A stretch of 51,473 nucleotides of DNA, taken from assembly GCA_032718475.1 (NCBI GenBank), contig JAUCBJ010001879.1, positions 1 through 51,473 on the forward strand, written 5' to 3'. The stretch's first letter is position 1, and every line of letters starts with the position of its first letter. The notes below the pieces were generated by a model. That model was not told where the DNA came from. It was given only the letters and a program-made list of their open reading frames with translations, and did not search any database. The position numbers and the translations under genes were made by a program. Origin of the DNA: Nemertoderma westbladi. Lineage: Eukaryota > Animalia > Xenacoelomorpha. Positions 11,951 through 26,600 of the stretch are shown piece after piece.

Positions 11951-14900
11951 CTTCTAGGTTCGGTTCGTATTCTTTCATCTTATCTTCTGTATTTTCTATT
12001 CAAGTAGCTTGCATGCAGGCGTCGCCGTTGGTACTTAAATGGACTTTAAATGAGATCCAGTACCTCTGGGGAGTATAGTTATTTAGGCGTGGGGGCCAAT
12101 GAAAATAAGTTGTGAGTCTTTTTAGAGGCAAGACAGGCAGATCCTCTTGGGAATAGCAACGAATAATCCCTGACTAAATGGCCGATTAAAAGTTTACATT
12201 AGATTAGGTACCTTTTATCCGGGAATATACCGGTAATACCAATTTAAATCTGTATTTCCAGATGAAATACAAAATATATTTGATTGCTACATCAGGTACA
12301 TACACATATGAAATGGCTTTCAACCATAAATTAGTTTGTGAATAGTGTATGTATAAGTATAATTAAAATGGGTGTTAATGATATGTCAGGGAGTCAATTT
12401 GAATTTATGGACTACGGATAGGTGTTATGATTGACTTGAGTGGGTGTCAAGGTGCCAACTAGATAAAATCGAATGTGTTTTAAGTGTGCGGTATTGCTTT
12501 GTTTAGTTGGAGAGGTTGATTTTTTGAAACCCCATGCATTTGTCGATTTTATATAACCAAAAATTAGATAAAATGAGCATTCAATACAGATTAGAAAAAA
12601 TCTAGGACATACTTAAAAATAGTACCGGTAGGAATTATATAATTTGATTCAAATCAGAGCAAATGTAGGCCATTCATTTTGGTGCCAAAACCCGAAATTA
12701 TATAGGCCTAATAGAACGGGTAGGCAGGCAGGCATATCCGGTATATACGCTGGGTGAAAGAAAATGATTAACGAACATGTAAATTATTAAAGAAAAGTAA
12801 CATATCAGGTTCCCGAAACGAAACTGGGATAAATAATATCCAGCTGACAGCAGTTAGAAACCAGCTGGTAGCAGGATAGGGATAAATAGCAACGAGCTGA
12901 CCAACTACAATAATTAAGCAGCGAATTTAAGAAATATTAAATTCAGAAATGTATTTCAGTATTTGGATAATAATTAATATCATGAAGTAGAAACAAGTTT
13001 ATATCTTATCAATGTAATACCCGGTACTGGCAATAATGTGCATATTAACTCTGTTAGTATGATAATGAAATGGAAAATGTAAAACACAATACTGTTGATA
13101 ACCATTAGACTGATAACTTACCACGCATACTTACTACCAGTAGTAGGAGAGGAGGACATACAATGAGGATATACTGCAAAACAACATAACTGTAGTAATA
13201 TCAATAGAATTTGAATAGAGGGTCGGGGCCGGGGGGGGGGGGGGGGTCAATAAGCTGCTCTTGATCAGTTGATATTAACTGAGACGTTACAACTAACAAA
13301 CCTATGTCAATTCTGAAATTGCTACTATATCTGAATATGCTAATGCTAACTGGCTAAGCTAGATTAATCACTTAAGTCTGTAAGTATACAAGTAAAATGA
13401 AGTTATCAGAAAACCTGAGCTTGAAACACCGGCATGAATAATATGATTAATTAATAGGCCTAATGTTCGCGTCCCTATTATTAATAATATTTTCGTGAGT
13501 CATAAAAATTTGAGGATCTCAATATTTGCGCCCATCAATCAATCAATTAATATTTTTGTGTAGCCTACAGCTGTACAGCATACTCAGAAACAGCAGTTTG
13601 AAGTTTATGGACCGGGCAGCCGGGTTTTAGGAAATACTTCAGTACGGTACTTGTACTTGGCAGCAATTTTCGTGCTCGCTACGCTCGCATCTTGATCACA
13701 TCTGCATTTAAAAACAGTCAGTTGACGTTGACATACTACTACTACAACTACAGCACTATCTGACTATTACTGTCAGACTGTACATATGTTAACATAATTG
13801 GAAAATTTCCTTGCTCGCTACGCTCGCATTTTTATGTTAAAATACTGTCTGACTGTAGGACTACAGCATTACAAACTGATAAATTATTACAATTAAGCAA
13901 TTACAGAATTACTGCAAAATTTCATAGTCAATTGTTGGCTTGGCGCGCATTAGATATCATGGCTGGCGCGATTTTCGTTTAACCAAAACGCGTGTGGCGC
14001 GCTTTTTGTCAGTATTCCATATAGGGTAGGGACTACACAGCTACAGTTAAAAACACTGAAATATAAGACTGTAAGACACAAACAGACAAACTTCTAAACT
14101 TACCCTTTCTTAAGACAGTAAGAAGTCAGAAGGGTACCGGTATCCAGGTATCAGGGTACTGGGGTATGACAGTATGACTGACTGTATGATATGATGATTG
14201 GCAGACCGAAAGATAAGCACATCCACCAGTGCTGCAGTCCACGGTCGGCAGGTCGGCCGTTCGGTCAGTCGGTAGGCCTATATCCTGACAGCCTGATAGC
14301 AGATAGCCACACAGCGAACAGCCACAAGCTGACAAGCATCAGAGCAGACAAACACAAACAGACAAAATCTGACAACTGGACAATCGCACTCCAGCAGCAC
14401 TCAGTCTGTTAGTAGCCTACTGCAGTACAGCAGTACCGGTACGGTATTCTGGTATTAGTCCTGGTATTACATATTAGTACTCCATCCATACTCGCCTCTG
14501 TACTTTTTTTTTCAATTTCAATTTATTTATTTCTTTCAATTGGTCTGTCTGTCTGTTGGTTGGGCTGCACTCTTTACATTAGTAATTTACAATAATAACT
14601 TTGTTAGTAAGCTTTCAAAATTATTTTTTTTATATATTTTCATATATTGTTATTAGTTCATTTTTTTGTTTTCCAGAGTAGTGCATTGATGGGAGTTGAC
14701 AGTAGCGGAAGCTAGTACTGCAACCTGATCCTTTACTAACCGGTCACTACTGTTGACTGTAGTGACTTCAATTTAGTTGATTTCAGGATTAGCAGAATGG
14801 GTGAATAGGGGATGTCCCCTAATTAGTCACTCACTACAGTAAGTGCCCGGTCGCCTATTATCGCGTATTATTGCTAATCCTTACACTACTGAACACATCA

Positions 14901-16320
14901 TGAAATGGTGCCGGGGATTGGTTAATGAGCAATATTTTGATTGGATGTTGAAATCATGTAAGGAATGGAGAGAGGGGTCGAACTAGTGTAAGGGTTTATA
15001 AGGGTTTTGTAAGGCAGGTAGAAAGTGTTCCAAATACAAATGAAAATGTGAAAATGAAAATGTTCCTAAGGCAGTAAGGAATTGAGAAATTGGGTGAAAT
15101 CATGTAAGGATTATCTGCCTATTAAACGGTTCATTGTAAGGTAACAGTAAAAATATACAGTGTACGGAATAACAATATACAATAGGGCTACATATATTCA
15201 GAGTGGAAATCACGTTGTATAAGGAATCGTTTTACAGAGCATTCTCCTTTGTCATTGATTTTACTGATGGAAAATATTGTAGTAATAGAGTAGCTAGCTT
15301 TATTGATAGTATTTAATATTGCATTTTTTTCATAAGATGTTCATATTTCAGTATGTAAAAGCACTTCACAATTTGTAAACATAATTACTCCAATGAAAAA
15401 AACTCTCACTCAATAATACACTCAATAAACTCAATAAATTTTGTAAAGGATGTTTAGAATTTATTCGATTTGCATCTCTGTTTATCGACCGGTTTCTACG
15501 GCGCATTTGTGCGAATTCATCTCACTCTCACTCACTCTCATCATCCTTTTCACTAGGTGCTGTTTCTGTATATTTTTCAAAATATTCATGATTTTCTCGA
15601 ATTTATGTTCCATCATTTGTTTAATCCCTAGAAAGTCACTCTCAACCCTCTTTTTGTTCTCATCTTCACTAAAAATATCATCATTATTTTTTAATTTCTT
15701 TGGAGAAGGTTCCATTACACCTTCCTTTCTATGTATACTCATATGGCGGGATACTGTATATTGTCTACAGCTATATTTTTTCAAAATTTTCAGTTTGTTT
15801 AGCTAGAGATTCACTTACAAATATAAATCTCAGTAAATATATATCAGAAGATGGAACATTATTAATAGAGTTCAAATTTAATGTTTAAAGATTAATGTTA
15901 ATAATTGAAATTTATATTTGGGGCTATCGCTTATTAAGTGAGGTTTGTGTATAGTAAAGGCCTAGTGAGGCACAAACTTAGGCATACAAGACAAGAGGCT
16001 TGCCATGCATGTTAGAGACATTATAGGCTATAGTGAGGTGTTGTATGACAGAGTGAGGCATTGTAGCTAACAGTGAGGCATGTCTTACTGCTTCATATAA
16101 GCCATGAAGTGAGGTGAGTGAGTCATTAATTGAGGTCTATTGGGAGTGTGGCTTAAGCAGAGTGAAGCTCTGTTAAATCAGATGAAACAGGTTTACCTTA
16201 TCATGTGATGGTTATTGACGAATGTTGCTGGTTGAGATAGACTCGGTAAGACATGAAACAGGTAAGTCTTGGCGAGTGAGACCTAATAAATAACTACATA
16301 TGCCTCACAATAATATAGCT

Positions 16321-16841
16321 TTATCCTATACTCTTTGTAGAAAAGAATCCACCTTCCATCTGAGAATATATATAATTTGCATACCCTACAGTTAGCTTGA
16401 CAGAACAATAATTCATACAACCATCCCTAGTGTCAATGTGAAAAGGACAGTTAGAATTAATGTGGAAATGACTATCTGCTTTAGGGTTAATGAATTTCTT
16501 ATTTATTCCAAATATTTCCGGTAGTTGCGCAGTTATTCTAAGTTCATTCTTCAAACCCATTTGTTTATATATTCTAGAAACATATACTGTTTTTCCTGTC
16601 AACTGGAGTCGAATATATTGTTTAAACACGATGTATTATGATGACTTTTATCTCTGGTATTTGCTACTTTTCTTTCTTCAGTTGAATTTAGAGTTAAATG
16701 GAGTGGTGCTTTAATGTAATAACAAGATTGTATACAGTTTGATTTCAAATCATAAACCACAAATTCTTTAAATATTACGGAATAAAATGAGTCGTTGAGT
16801 ACATGGTATTGAAAATCAACAATAAACCCGTACATTTTCAA
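16321..16841 (-). pseudogene. Frameshifted Polinton/Maverick-type DEDD-exonuclease-like gene
   Basis: Two overlapping ORFs join as FIVDFQ...IFKEFVV...P / TVYVS...KQ..L...CPFH...YCS. I recall this motif order from small exonuclease-fold proteins of invertebrate Polintons; not verified by search. Confidence 0.55.
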
Positions 16842-17181
16842 GTGAATCAGAAGATATTTATAAAAATAATAAGCAGGATAAGAATTACTGTCAAAAAGAA
16901 TAAAAAGTTATAAACATCTTAATTAAATAAATAATGGGTGAGGAAAATTGTAATGAACTTAAAGACTTTTATTAACCAATAAGAAATAGTAGAAATTGTA
17001 CAATGTCCTTCCCATTCCACCTCGTAACATAATCATAACATATTCATAAACTTCCATGATCTAACCTTTCTAACCTACTTCAAAAAGTTTCAAGCTATAC
17101 TAGCTCTGGTATTGTAGTGATACAGTAGTGGTAATAGTGTATCACGCATTCAGCTAACCTCATATGGCCCATGGTTGTAGT

Positions 17182-18398
17182 TAATTATATGATGTTAGAC
17201 AACCGCGACTTTAGAGGGATTGTGATATTAATATGAAAACAATAAAATAGGACATGGGGTCTTATTCCCTCAGATACTACCTAGCATTTAGGGTCACTTG
17301 GGCCACTGTTAGTACTCAGGCACTAAGGCCCATCAAAAAACAAAATACCAAATCGATTTTAGTGCTACATAACCCAACTCAACTACCACAAGAAAAACTA
17401 CACCAAACCATACAGTTACTACTGTACAGGTTCCGGTAAGTATTGCATGAAATAGGCTATCCCATAAATTACGAAAAATATAGGACATTTTGTCCGCCGA
17501 AAAGGTAAGTCTAAGTAATAAATTTTATAAAAATAAAAGGGTTTCGGAGATTTAAACACTGAACCCTGGGATTCGTGGTTCTCCTCATCAGCAGTGTGCC
17601 ACGAACCCCACCCCTACCCTAACAAAACTGCACCACTAAATTAAGACAATGGCCAATAAATTAGAAATCCTACCGTACCACCAAACAGAGTTGAAACCAC
17701 CCACCCCCAATGTATGTTACCATCAGCCCCAAATGCATAAACATGATTCACCACTGAATGCAACCAACCCCAATTAGCACCTACCGGTATGTACAGATAA
17801 ATGATCAGATTTTTAAACAAAATTGCGCATATGTCAGAAACTGCCCCTGTAAATATATAATTATATGATGTTAGACAACCGCGACTTTAGAGGGATTGTG
17901 ATATTAATATGAAAACAATAAAATAGGACATGGGGTCTTATTCCCTCAGATACTACCTAGCATTTAGGGCCACTTGGGCCACTGTTAGTACTCAGGCACT
18001 AAGGCCCATCAAAAAACATAATACCAAATCGATTTTAGTGCTACATAACCCAACCCAACTACCACAAGAAAAATTACACCAAACCATACAGTAACTACAG
18101 TATCCGGTAAGTGTTGCACCAAATAGGCTATCCCATAAATTACGAAAAATATAGGATATTTTGGCCGCCGAAAAGGTAAGTCTATGTAATAAATTTTATA
18201 AAAATAAAAGGGTTTCGGAGATTTAAACACTGAACCCTGGGATTCGTGGTTCTCCTCATCAGCAGTGTGCCACGAACCCCACCTCTACCATAACAAAACT
18301 GCACCACTAAATTAAGACAATAATGACCAATAAATTAGAAATCCTACCGTACCACCAAACAGAGTTGAAACCACCCACCCCCAATGTATGTTACCATC
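17182..18398. repeat. 676-bp tandem repeat: copy 1 complete, copy 2 cut at 18398
   Basis: atggggtcttattccctcag lies at 17254 and 17930, with near-identical units. Copy 2 stops after gttaccatc and resumes at 44416. Confidence 0.95.
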
Positions 18399-20270
18399 CG
18401 CAATAATTTTTATTGTCCGTTTAAATCCTTTTTTTGTCCTTTTTTTTATATTTTTTATGTCCTCCAAAAATCTAATGTTAGGTTCCATGCTACCGGTTTC
18501 TCTACTGCTGTTCTCTCAGGCTATCAGTACCGGTATTAGTATATATACAGTAGCACTATTTTGCTGTATTGTATGTACATACAGTATGTAGGTATAAAGC
18601 AGGCATTTCTGTATTTTAGTACCGGCACCGGTACTGCTGTAGGCCTACTGTGTAGCCTACCACCCTGCAAACCAGAAGTATCCGAGGATTAATTTTGTAT
18701 TGGAAATTTAATGCTGCTAAAAAGTTGTGCAATAGTGCAATGAGACAAATTATTTGAGAAAAACCCAAAATTGTACATTTTAATATTGAAGTAATCTAAA
18801 ATAATATTTAAATACTAATATTAAAATTCAGATATTGAAATAACATTCAGAATACATTGGAACAGCAATGTTCATTATTTAACACTTTTAATCGCAACAT
18901 ATTTTGAATGATATTCTAATACTATATTCCATACTATTGATATTATAATGTATTTCCAATGTTATCGAAATATTCAAATCAGAATATTTCATTGACTAAT
19001 TTCAATTGCACTGAACATGACTCATGCAGTGTTATTCTAATGTTAATACTATATTATCTTAACGTTTGCATTTAGGTTATCAAAAATTTGCATTGGGAAT
19101 GAATCATAGCATTGTTATAACAATGATACAAAAAGGTTATTCTAACGTTGTTTTTCGAATGTTGACGAGTCATACTTCAAAGGCTTTGAATAACAATATT
19201 ATTCTAATGTTATCCTAATGTTATCTTTATTAGGCCCTGCCCTGCTGTGGTACAAAACGTGATAGAACTTTGCACGTGTATCCCCATTGTTTTCATTATC
19301 GTTATTGTCCAGTCCTTGCCTGTGCACATTGTTTAACACACCTACTCAGTGAGTGTCAACTACTGTAGTTGTACAACTATCTAATTTGAATAATTTAATT
19401 TAAATCCATATGAACCAAATGTGTTCATGTTTTCCTGGACGGTAGCTTACAGTACATGAATGTTTTCCGGTGCGGTTCGATACAGCTACAGTAGACCTAC
19501 AGATGTATCAGTTCTAATGTGCGGCTGTCTTGAACAAACAGTAGAATGGCAGAACTCCCCCCCCCCCCCCCCCCCCCCCCCAATAAAGGTATACAAAATT
19601 ATAGTGGGTGTTGTTACATGTGTTTCAGAACCAGATAGACAATCATTCATCAAAGTCAGGGGCGGATTAACAACTAGACCAATAAGGCACGTGCCACAGA
19701 GGCAACGAGTTCCGAAAGGCCACTTACGTTTTAACTTAAGTACAGTAGAAAGCTAAATATTGTTAAAAATTATCTGCACCATAAACACACTTCGAGAGAG
19801 AGAGAGAGGGGGGGGGGGGGGGGGTGGGTGTTCTGTCATGCTCCAACTGTCCTCCAGTCAAACTATCAGTACAGTATAATTTATGCTACCGGTAGATTTA
19901 AAATGGTAGATATTTTGGGGTGTAAACGCTACGCCGACAACCGACAGCCGACAACCACTGCCGACAACAGTACATATGAAAATGTTACCTGAGTTCGTGA
20001 CTCTCGTTTATTGTTTTGGTTAGTTTGTAACAAACTAATATTTGTAGATTGACGAATTCTCCAACTTTTCCCAATTAAAGACACTATCGGCTGCGAGTTT
20101 TGAAATCTGTGGACGCTGGATGGAAGCATCACTCGCCGAACAATATGCGAAAACCGCGAGACATGCCATCGGGAAAATAAGTTTTTCAACCACCTTTCCT
20201 AACATTCTACGATGTATTAAAGGTTAGAATTGTTACATACCGATATGGAATTGTTACAATACATACTGTA

Positions 20271-21431
20271 TGTAAAAGCTTTTGCGTAATTAACCGGTTA
20301 TTTTCCCGTAAAGTACTCTGTAGTTGGTTTACCAGGCATAAAAAGGCCGTGTCCTTACTGTACTGGTGTTTTAGAGGACATAAAAGTCATTTCTTCTGTA
20401 TTTGTACTTTAGAGGACATAATCCGCAATCTCGTGACGCAATAAGCTAGATCCTCTTGAAAACAGTGTCGCTACCATGACGACGGCTAACAGCTGATATT
20501 GCCACGTCGACATTTCTTTGTTTCTTTGTTCTCTCGTTGTTCGGTCGACCAATCAGAGCGTTTTTTGTCTCTGTGTTGGAGGTGGATACAGAAACTCAGT
20601 AGTTCAGTGTTATGTTTTTTGCCCAGAGCCTAAGAACATCGGCTTTTGGCACTTCCGTGTATCAGCATTCTTTAGTTTAACATTAGTAGGCTTAATTATA
20701 GAACGTATATCTGTTATCAAATCATACCAAAACTCAGTTAACTCACTTAATAATCATTCATACCTTAACTTTACTGCTTTTACTGTCGGTTATTCATTAT
20801 ATTGGTTGATGAAATATTATATCGGAATACTGATCAATAGTCAGACACCCAACCTTCTTGATATACTAAAGGTTAGAGAGACCGGTTACAGATAAACGAT
20901 TGCGACCTATGTTAAGTGGTTTGAAGTGAATCTAATGCTATTTCATAGGCCCGACATAAATTGTATGTTGCTCTCTTTATACGTGACTAAATTTAGTGAA
21001 GGTCGGCAGATTAGTGTGCAGTATTGTGCAGCATTGTGTATGATTGTAACTGATAACAAAGCATCTCCTAAAGAATGCGCCATATACGTGAATCTATAGC
21101 CTTTTCGTTGTGTCTAGTTTAAGTCATAACTCTGTTTACATATTTAGAGCGCCACGTCCTAAAGGAACTGTTAATATTTCCCGAAAGTGAATAATATTTG
21201 TCAGAGATTATATATTACGATTAGTCGAATAATACGGTAGGCTTACACCATCAATCATTAAGCTTCCGAATTCAGTCTCCCGGGTATATCCAGCGGGTGA
21301 ATGATTGCGCATAGACTGGCTTCGGCTAATGTAGTGTATCAAATACTCGTCATAGGCTAAAGACTATATATCATCTAAAAGACATCCTAATTTGGCAGGT
21401 TAAACTGTCAAAGGTCTTAAAAGCGCAAACA
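20271..21431 (+). repeat. 5' LTR
   Basis: tgtaaaagcttttgcg...aaagcgcaaaca; collinear with 36512-37672. Confidence 0.9.
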
Positions 21432-21711
21432 ATAACAGATATTGCTTCTGGATTGCGGTGTAAGCAATCTAGTCGAAAGTACCGGTCGACCGGTAACCAG
21501 TAGGCCTGACTGCCTGATCATCCGGACCGGTACCTACAGCAGTACAGGTACAGCAGTATTATTCGATTGTGGTATTGTATACCGGTAGGCTGTTTAAGAG
21601 ATTAGGGACTGTACACCCCTTGTTTCTTTTGGAGCTTACTTATTTCTGTCAGTTTTATTTATTTGTAGGCCAGTATTGAGCAGAAGGCGTGTAAGCCAGC
21701 TCAGATTGTAC

Positions 21712-22287
21712 AGATAATTTGTAGGCTTGACTGTTGTCTAGCTGTTGTTAAGTCTGAACGGATTGCAGTGTGTGTAGAGCATCTGTCCGATAAAGTGCTA
21801 GTTAGGAAAGTAGGGGCTTCAAGTGCTGTGAGGTAAACCCCCTATGAAAGAATAAGTCGTACTACTGGGTTAGAATGCATACTAACTAATCATTTCGGAG
21901 TCTGCATATACTGTAGTGTATTTGGGCTTGATAGTAGTCTGCCATCGTTTAGTCTGTACTTTGTTTGTGTAGTCTGTACGGGTAGCGTATAATTTTATTT
22001 AGATAATTTGTAGGCTGGATAGTTGTCTGGCTGTTGTTGGGTTTGAGGAAATTTCGGTGTGTGTAGAGCATCTGTCCGATAAAGTGCTAGTTGGGAACGT
22101 AGGGGCTTCAAGTGCTGTGAGGTAAACCCCCTGTGAAAGAATAAGTCGTACTACTAGGTTAGAACGCATACTAACTAATCATTTCGGAGTCTGCATATAC
22201 CGTAGTTTGTTTAGGCTTGATAGTAGTCTGTCAGTATTTGGTCTGCATTTTGTTTGAATGGTTTGTACGCGTAGCGTAATATTTATT
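21712..22287. repeat. 289-bp tandem duplication in the retrotransposon leader
   Basis: agataatttgtaggct...gtagcgta starts at 21712 and again at 22001. Confidence 0.9.
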
Positions 22288-23624
22288 ATTCAGAGTTTAT
22301 GCTAGTATTCGCAACATTCATTCCCCAAGTTTATTCCTACAGTAATTGTGTTTGTTATACATACCGTTATAGTTAAACTAACCCCGGTACTACATCAGGG
22401 CTGCTCGGCGTAGGTAAAGACTGGAGATTTTATGCTTTGGTCACTCCGGCAGATACCGTGGTTCTTTTAGCTGTTCAAGTATTTTCAACTACAAATTATT
22501 AGTCGTACAAGTACTTGTACCTAATTCAGGGTTTAGTGTACAGTACTTTCTGAGGGTGATTAGTGTGTAGGCAGTGTATTTGTGTTGTAAAGTGGTTAAT
22601 AGGCACGTTGGTTCTGGTAGACCGCGGTAATTAATCTCTAGGTAGGAACACTCCGTGATACATAACGTAGTACCTATAGCGATACGGTTATAGGTCGTCA
22701 GGCGGTGGTATTTTTCCTATCTGGACAACGCAGTATATTTACTACTACTTATTATTTTCAAATACCGTAGTAACCTGTCCGTTGTAATAACCAGATATTC
22801 TAACCCTTTGTTAGGCTGGTTAGTAGACTTCTTGTAAAATTACCCTAAAAATTTGTATTTGTGTATTTGTAATTAAATTTTTGTGTTATTTAGAGATTGT
22901 AATCTCAACCCGAATTGTACGTAATTTGTAGTATTAAGTAACTTAGGTAAATTAGAATTATTTGTTTTAGTGTCTAACAAGTAGCACTCCACTGAGAGCG
23001 CACAGCTTATGTGTAGTGACTCCCCCAGAAATAATAACATTTATTTCAAACATTGACAAAAACCCATTTCAACGGGTATATATATATTATAAATCAACTC
23101 AAACGATTTATAAATAGTAGGCCTGCCATACAACAATTAGGTCTCAATATCAGTTGGACTACTGCTTAAATAACGGTAATAAAGTAAGTTAAAGTAACCA
23201 AGTAACCCTTAAAATTCAGAAATTCAATTATTTAAAATAATTGATATACCGGTATTTACAATAGGCTTATTATCTTTATTTTCATAAACTTAGGCTGAAA
23301 TCATACCGGTATTCTGTAATTAATTTTAGTTAATAATTATACTTATATATACTATAAGTGTAAACTGCATACCGGTATCCACGATAGGCCTATTATATAT
23401 TTATATATTTGTGCTAAAATTATATACCGGTATTCTGTGAAAAACCTAGTCTGTAATAATACTTATATATACCATAAGCATACCGGTATTCTAATATTAT
23501 ATATATATCACGCTACACTGAGTAGCAGTATCGGTAATTAATTACTAGGTTAGCAGTTAATGCTGAATTACTAGACTTGCTTAGACAGTAATATAGCAGT
23601 AGGCATTCAACTGTGTAAACAAAC

Positions 23625-26600
23625 ATGTCTGATACTAAGCAGAACCTGTCAGACAGTTTATTAGATGCAACTATTTGCGACTCAGATAAGGGTGTAGAAC
23701 CGTCTACACCTAAGTTCAGTTCACCTCCCACTGTGAGGAAGGTCATCCCTCCAGTAGTAATAACAGAACCTAGGCTGGTCCAACATCGTAGGTCTATCAT
23801 AGGCACTCGAGCTCAGGTCAAGTGGGACCAAGAAGCAGCGGAACAGCAACAACCCGCGAGCCAAGAACTTATTTCTCAGCGGCCCGACAGCTCCAGTAGT
23901 GAGGGTACTGTAGAGCTGACACCCGAGCGCGGAGCAAAGATGACGGATGCAGTTTATTCGGATCCCCTTCTCATCCTGCCTGCAGCCGTACTCACTAGGG
24001 TATTGATCGCGGTGGAAGAACACCAGATCGATTGGGCGAGAAGTCAGCGATCAACTAAAGATAGTTATGCGGGATACACAAGGGAAGAACTGAAGTCTAT
24101 TGTCGAGTCGCAATGGAACTTCCCCGGACCCGGACTCCCGTTTGATTTATCAGAAGCTGCCTGGGAAGACATACACCGGATGGGAGTAACCAAGGAAACT
24201 ATCGATCCAGCTGTGTGGAAGAGGTCCGCAGCCGGATACGCACAGGGATTCTTCAGCTCTATGGAGCGACTAAAAGAACAACTGTTTCAACAACCACAAG
24301 GACCTCAAGAGCAGGGACAACTGCTTTATCAAGTTAGAGAAAGAATTCTGCGAATCAGGCTAATCTTATCGGCCTTTGAAGAGGCTTCTAAAAGAAGACA
24401 AGACACGTCGTTGCAAGTTGCCGTAAAGACTTGGTTTCAGCGGGTGAGTCTCCAGGTTCAAGGAACGGCTCAGTGGAAAGCTCAGCTAGAGGAGCGCTCA
24501 ACCCATGGAGAATCAACAGACGCTACTTTTTCCCAAGTGGAAAGTGAAGCGACGGCAGAGAACCCGCATAAGAGGGATGCCATTGATATCTATCTGTCAG
24601 ACTATCAACGTTTCTTAGGTGATGAAGAGTTGAGGAGAAGGTTGGATGGACTTAACCCTAATAGTGAAGGAGCACAGCGTGTGCTGGACGCCATCGACGT
24701 GGATAGGTTAGCGGCGAACCAAGCTAAATTCGATGAACAACTCCGCATCGCTAGAGTCCAAGAAGAACAGGTGAAGAAAAAACGTATAGAAGACAGAAAG
24801 AAAGCAACAGTAGCAGCTGCGGAAGCGGAAAGGAAAGCAGCCGAAGAGGAAAGTAAAGCAGCTGAAATGGAAAGATAAGCGGCAGTGGCAGCGGCAGCGG
24901 CAGCGGCAGAGGCAGAAGCGAAAAGAAAAGCAGCTGAAATGGAAAGAAGAGCAGCAATGGCAGCGGCAGAAGCAGAGCGGATAGCGGCTGAAGAGATCGC
25001 CCAATTAGAATTGGAAAATATTCAGGAGAATCAAGCCTGCATAAATAAACAGTTAACAGCTAGTAATATGCAGATGATGAATCGATCTACTCCCAAAAGA
25101 CAGGGATATACATCATCTGAGGAAGGCGATACCACCGATACTGAAGGCAAAGGAAATAGATCTCACCTAAGCAGACGTAAAAGAACATCCCACCGTCAGA
25201 AATTGCCTGATTTGCCTCCAGCTGTTAGAAGGCAACTAAATAACACCAACTTGGGTAGTACAGAACCAACAGACCAAATAATTACAATAGAAAGACTCCC
25301 TACTATAGTAGATGAGCCTGAAATAATTAGGCCTGTTCTCGAAGCCACCCTTTCAGTGGTAGAGACACCTGTACTCCCTGAACCTACCTCTAAATTCCCT
25401 TTGCACAGTACCAAGCTACCTGTGCCCAGCAGAACAGCCCATGAGACAGTTCATGCCCTGGACTCCGAGCGAAATATTCATGATTTGTCGCCCGTTGTCC
25501 CTCGTCCGCCCGCTACAACGTTGGCGAATCCCGCTTCGGCGGTCGAATGGGTGGATGAGAGACGACGGGGGATGGATCTCCTGCTCGGACAGATGCAGGA
25601 GACTGTTCAGCAATTCAAGGGCACAGTAAGGGAAAGTAGGTTAGAGTTGCAAGAAGTGCAGCAAAGTATCGCGCTAGAACGCGATAAATTAGTAAATACA
25701 CAAAAGGGTATACCACCACCCCCTGTAACAATGTGTCAACCTGTTAGGTCTGAAGTATCTAATGCGCAAGGTGTGGAGCCTACACGCATCTATACTGCTA
25801 GCGAAGTAGAAACTCCTATAGTGAACCCTATTAAGGGTAATTATAGACCTGTTGATAATGATATTCCTTATAGACCGGATCATAATCCGAGAAATTTATA
25901 TACCGATAACTCGATATTAAATAACACGATGGCCCAAGAAAGTTTTACGCGTCAAATGGCTAGAACCGAAGCCCGGCAAGCGGTAAAGGTGGGAGAGATC
26001 GTCAAGTTCAATGGAGATGAGATGAAATGGTTACCTTTTAATGAATATTACAAAGATAACATACAGAACTCTGTACTATCTAATGGAGAGAAACTTAGAT
26101 TCCTCATCGAGTGCTTGGAAGGATCTCCCAAGTTAATGGCGTTAAAGTTTATTGGACATCCAGACGGATTAAGACAAGTTTGGGATACACTAAACATCAG
26201 GTATGGTAATAGGAATAACATAGCTGGGTATTTGTATGCAAAGTTGGTAGCGCCCCGAAAGTTTATTAGCAGCGGGATTATAGAGTTTTCCGATGAGATT
26301 CAGGAGATCTGCAGACAATTAGATTGGCTAGGTAAGTCTCATGAGTATCAGAGTGTTATGGTTATTAGAGCAGTGGCTTCTACTTTACCGAAGGGTGGAG
26401 TAGGTACACGCTGGGATAAGAAAGTATTATATATGATGGAACAACAACGACGAGACCCTACCATGGCTGATCTCATGTCATTCCTAGATGGAGAAGTGAA
26501 ATTACAGCTCCTAAAACTGTCCAGAGAGAAGACCCCGGAAAACAAGGTAAGTGAAAAACCCGTCTCTAGGAGAAAGGTAACACCGGTATGTTATACAGAC

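Noticed and set aside
14676-14690. Polinton terminus (AGAGTAGT)
   Set aside because: No matching inverted end or 6-bp TSD found.
19556-19824. Poly-proline ORFs from C/G homopolymers (also near 450, 3390, 9870, 49350)
   Set aside because: They are artefacts of long G/C runs that occur throughout the window.
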